A DNA stretch of 64,000 bases from a virus, in IMG/VR virus record IMGVR_UViG_3300045988_170206, positions 73,845-137,844 of that record; one strand, given 5' to 3'. The notes beneath the pieces were generated by a model. That model searched no databases. It was not told the DNA's origin and saw only the letters and a program-made list of their open reading frames with translations. Positions 62,449 to 64,000 of the stretch are shown here, piece by piece. Made by a program: the position numbers and the translations under genes. Every line of letters begins with the position of its first letter. Within the stretch, counting starts at the first letter, position 1.

Positions 62449-62548
62449 GGACCGTTAGCTCAACGGTAGAGCGGCTGCTGGATCGTTTGATTGTTCCTAC
62501 GATCAAATGATCGAGTGGCCGATGCGGGTTCGATTCCTGCACGGTCCA
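62449..62548 (+). ncRNA. tRNA-like RNA with a canonical acceptor, D arm and T arm but a ~19-bp rod in place of the anticodon arm
   Basis: Acceptor GGACCGT/ACGGTCC (perfect). D arm TAGCTCAACGGTAGAGC. T arm GCGGG-TTCGATT-CCTGC. The GCTGC-TGGATCGTTTGATT segment, loop GTTCCTAC, and GATCAAATGATCGA-GTGGC form one long helix. Confidence 0.55.
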
Positions 62549-62623
62549 CAATGCGTAGCTCTAATTGGAAGAGCGCCAGGCCGTAAAACCTGGAGGTTGC
62601 GGGTTCGAGTCCCGTCGCAGAGC
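62549..62623 (+). ncRNA. tRNA-like gene with an 8-nt anticodon loop and a weakened acceptor stem
   Basis: D arm TAGCTCTAATTGGAAGAGC. Arm CCAGG-CCGTAAAA-CCTGG. T arm GCGGG-TTCGAGT-CCCGT. Acceptor CAATGCG/CGCAGAG pairs at 5 of 7 positions. Confidence 0.4.
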
Positions 62624-62705
62624 GCGACTTGTTCGCGTGCGAAGGTAGCGAAAGCTAACCGTTGGGGGTTGATCTCCCCAGGGGATAGCTGGACCTGTTT
62701 TCGTC

Positions 62706-62778
62706 AGGGGTATAGTTCAGCCGCGATCTGTTCGATGCGCACGAATGGAACGTGTGGGTGCGACTCCCACTGCCCCGC
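62706..62778 (+). ncRNA. degenerate tRNA-like gene (possible GCG anticodon, atypical T loop TGCGACT)
   Basis: Acceptor AGGGGTA/TGCCCCG. Arm GTTCG-ATGCGCA-CGAAT. T arm GTGGG-TGCGACT-CCCAC, with G in the position of the invariant U55. Confidence 0.35.
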
Positions 62779-62780
62779 CT

Positions 62781-62854
62781 GGGCTGTTAGCTACAACTGG
62801 TAGAGCACCTGTTTTGCAAGCAGGGGGTTACGGGTTCGAGTCCCGTACAGTCCA
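62781..62854 (+). tRNA. tRNA-Ala (TGC) with the G3:U70 identity pair
   Basis: Acceptor GGGCTGT/ACAGTCC, anticodon arm CCTGT-TTTGCAA-GCAGG, T arm ACGGG-TTCGAGT-CCCGT. Confidence 0.9.
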
Positions 62855-62920
62855 CGGCTGTTCTCGTAAGAGATGCAGCTACCTAGCTGCTAGGTGTCCT
62901 CCGGGACTACCTGGCCTTAC

Positions 62921-62994
62921 AGATCGTTAGCTCAGTTGGCTAGAGCGTCTGGTTTACACCCAGAAGGTCATCGGTTCGAGCCCGGTACGATCTA
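62921..62994 (+). tRNA. tRNA-Val (TAC)
   Basis: Acceptor AGATCGT/ACGATCT, anticodon arm TCTGG-TTTACAC-CCAGA, T arm ATCGG-TTCGAGC-CCGGT. Confidence 0.9.
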
Positions 62995-63103
62995 CTGGTG
63001 GAGTTGCTTCGGAGCTCTGCCAGTTGCCCCCACGTTTCGTAGGGGCAAGCGAGAATCAATCACATACTGTCAGCCCGCTCTTGCGGGGGCGGGTTGGCGT
63101 GAA

Positions 63104-63185
<82 letters not shown>

Positions 63186-63445
63186 CGCTCCTCAGTGAGG
63201 AGTCTCCTATCCCAGGCGGCGTGAGGTCGCCTGGACAGTAAGGGGCTCTGCTCCTCCAACGGCTTTGCTGCATAGGCTTTGGGGGAGTTAACAGATGTCA
63301 AGCACCCATCTTAAGGGCACCACCTCACAACGGCGAAGGCCTCCGACTCTCTTTTCTTCTTTCTCAGGTCGGGGGCCTTCCGTCATGCCTGGAGGTGTTT
63401 TCCCGTAATCAAACGCCAGTGGTGCAGCGTTGCGCTCTCTAAGAT

Positions 63446-63468
63446 GGGAGAGCACTCTCCCCCGTTTT
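63446..63468 (+). terminator. short hairpin plus T tract
   Basis: GGGAGA-GCAC-TCTCCC followed by CCGTTTTCG. Confidence 0.4.
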
Positions 63469-63498
63469 CGCGTTGACGCAGAAAGGAAAACCTCACCA

Positions 63499-64000
63499 AT
63501 GAATCGTTCTCGAACCGTCGGAGTGGGGCTGGTTGCAGCCTTGTCTCTGGCGTTCATCCCTGCCGCTTCGTTCGCGGCCCCATCGCAGTCGGACTCCTCT
63601 TCGGGGGATACGTCGATCATGGCTCCCACCAATCCGTCCGTGTCTGAGGAGGATCGAGAAGCGGCTGACGCTCAACAGGCTGAGCTGGACGCTCGAGCGG
63701 CCCGCCCAGCCCCGCAACTGCCCCCAGCGCCCACACCGTCAGCTCCTTCGACGCAGACCCCGCCCCTCGTCACCGCACAACCGGACGGGAGCGTCGGCAA
63801 CGATAAGGTGCACATCCTGTCCCTCGCGGGCGCTGACTGCATCGTCGTCGAGTCGAACGGTCACTTCGGGATCGTGGACGCAGGCGACGACAACGACTAC
63901 CCAGACGGGTCAGATCCCCGCTACCCATGGCGAGCGAACATCGCAACATGGGGACAGGAAGACCAGGTGCGCCCCTACCTCGACAGTCTGGGCGTGAACT
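63499..64000 (+). CDS. secreted metallo-beta-lactamase-fold (ComEC/Rec2-related hydrolase-like) protein, 5' partial
   Basis: Hand translation from the ATG at 63499 (GAAAGGAAAACC RBS). Signal peptide MNRSRTVGVGLVAALSLAFIPAASFA, then a Pro-rich linker, then VHILSLAGADCIVVESNGHFGIVDAGDD. Open to the window end. Confidence 0.6.
   Translation, partial: MNRSRTVGVGLVAALSLAFIPAASFAAPSQSDSSSGDTSIMAPTNPSVSEEDREAADAQQAELDARAARPAPQLPPAPTPSAPSTQTPPLVTAQPDGSVGNDKVHILSLAGADCIVVESNGHFGIVDAGDDNDYPDGSDPRYPWRANIATWGQEDQVRPYLDSLGVN

Overview
High-GC actinobacterial DNA (WhiB, Lsr2, an LAxTG sortase substrate, GAAAGGA-type ribosome-binding sites). It is almost entirely + strand, tightly packed, with many ATGA/GTGA start-stop overlaps. 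It reads as the non-structural part of a large mobile element, either a big actinophage/prophage or a conjugative megaplasmid. I could not recognise any virion genes (terminase, portal, capsid, tail) or conjugation core genes (relaxase, coupling protein, VirB4). Recognisable content: a replication-like left end with iterons plus winged-helix and replisome-organiser-like genes; a recombination/DNA module (RecT, HNH, WhiB, a fragmented C5-methyltransferase, MmcB-like nuclease, RusA, SSB, a ParB-HNH fusion, DUF262-like and DUF1524-like nucleases); surface and secreted proteins (two wall-hydrolase-like proteins sharing a C-terminal membrane module, an LAxTG Pro-rich protein, a coiled-coil lipoprotein); Lsr2; an ATPase/ImmA-like module; and a kinase fused to a degenerate phosphoesterase. 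RNA content is the most unusual part. A Ro60/TROVE-vWA gene sits inside a tRNA array of 7 canonical tRNAs. It is flanked by two apparently related structured non-coding elements. A second array holds 5 canonical tRNAs interleaved with about 6 T-arm-bearing tRNA-like genes that I cannot fold as standard cloverleaves (a rod-like anticodon arm, 8-nt anticodon loops, a giant D-loop insert). There are several multi-copy paralog families and a conserved intergenic motif present at least five times. All RNA folds, motif alignments and domain calls were made by eye and need computational confirmation. Most long antisense or alternate-frame ORFs in the supplied track are high-GC artefacts and were ignored.
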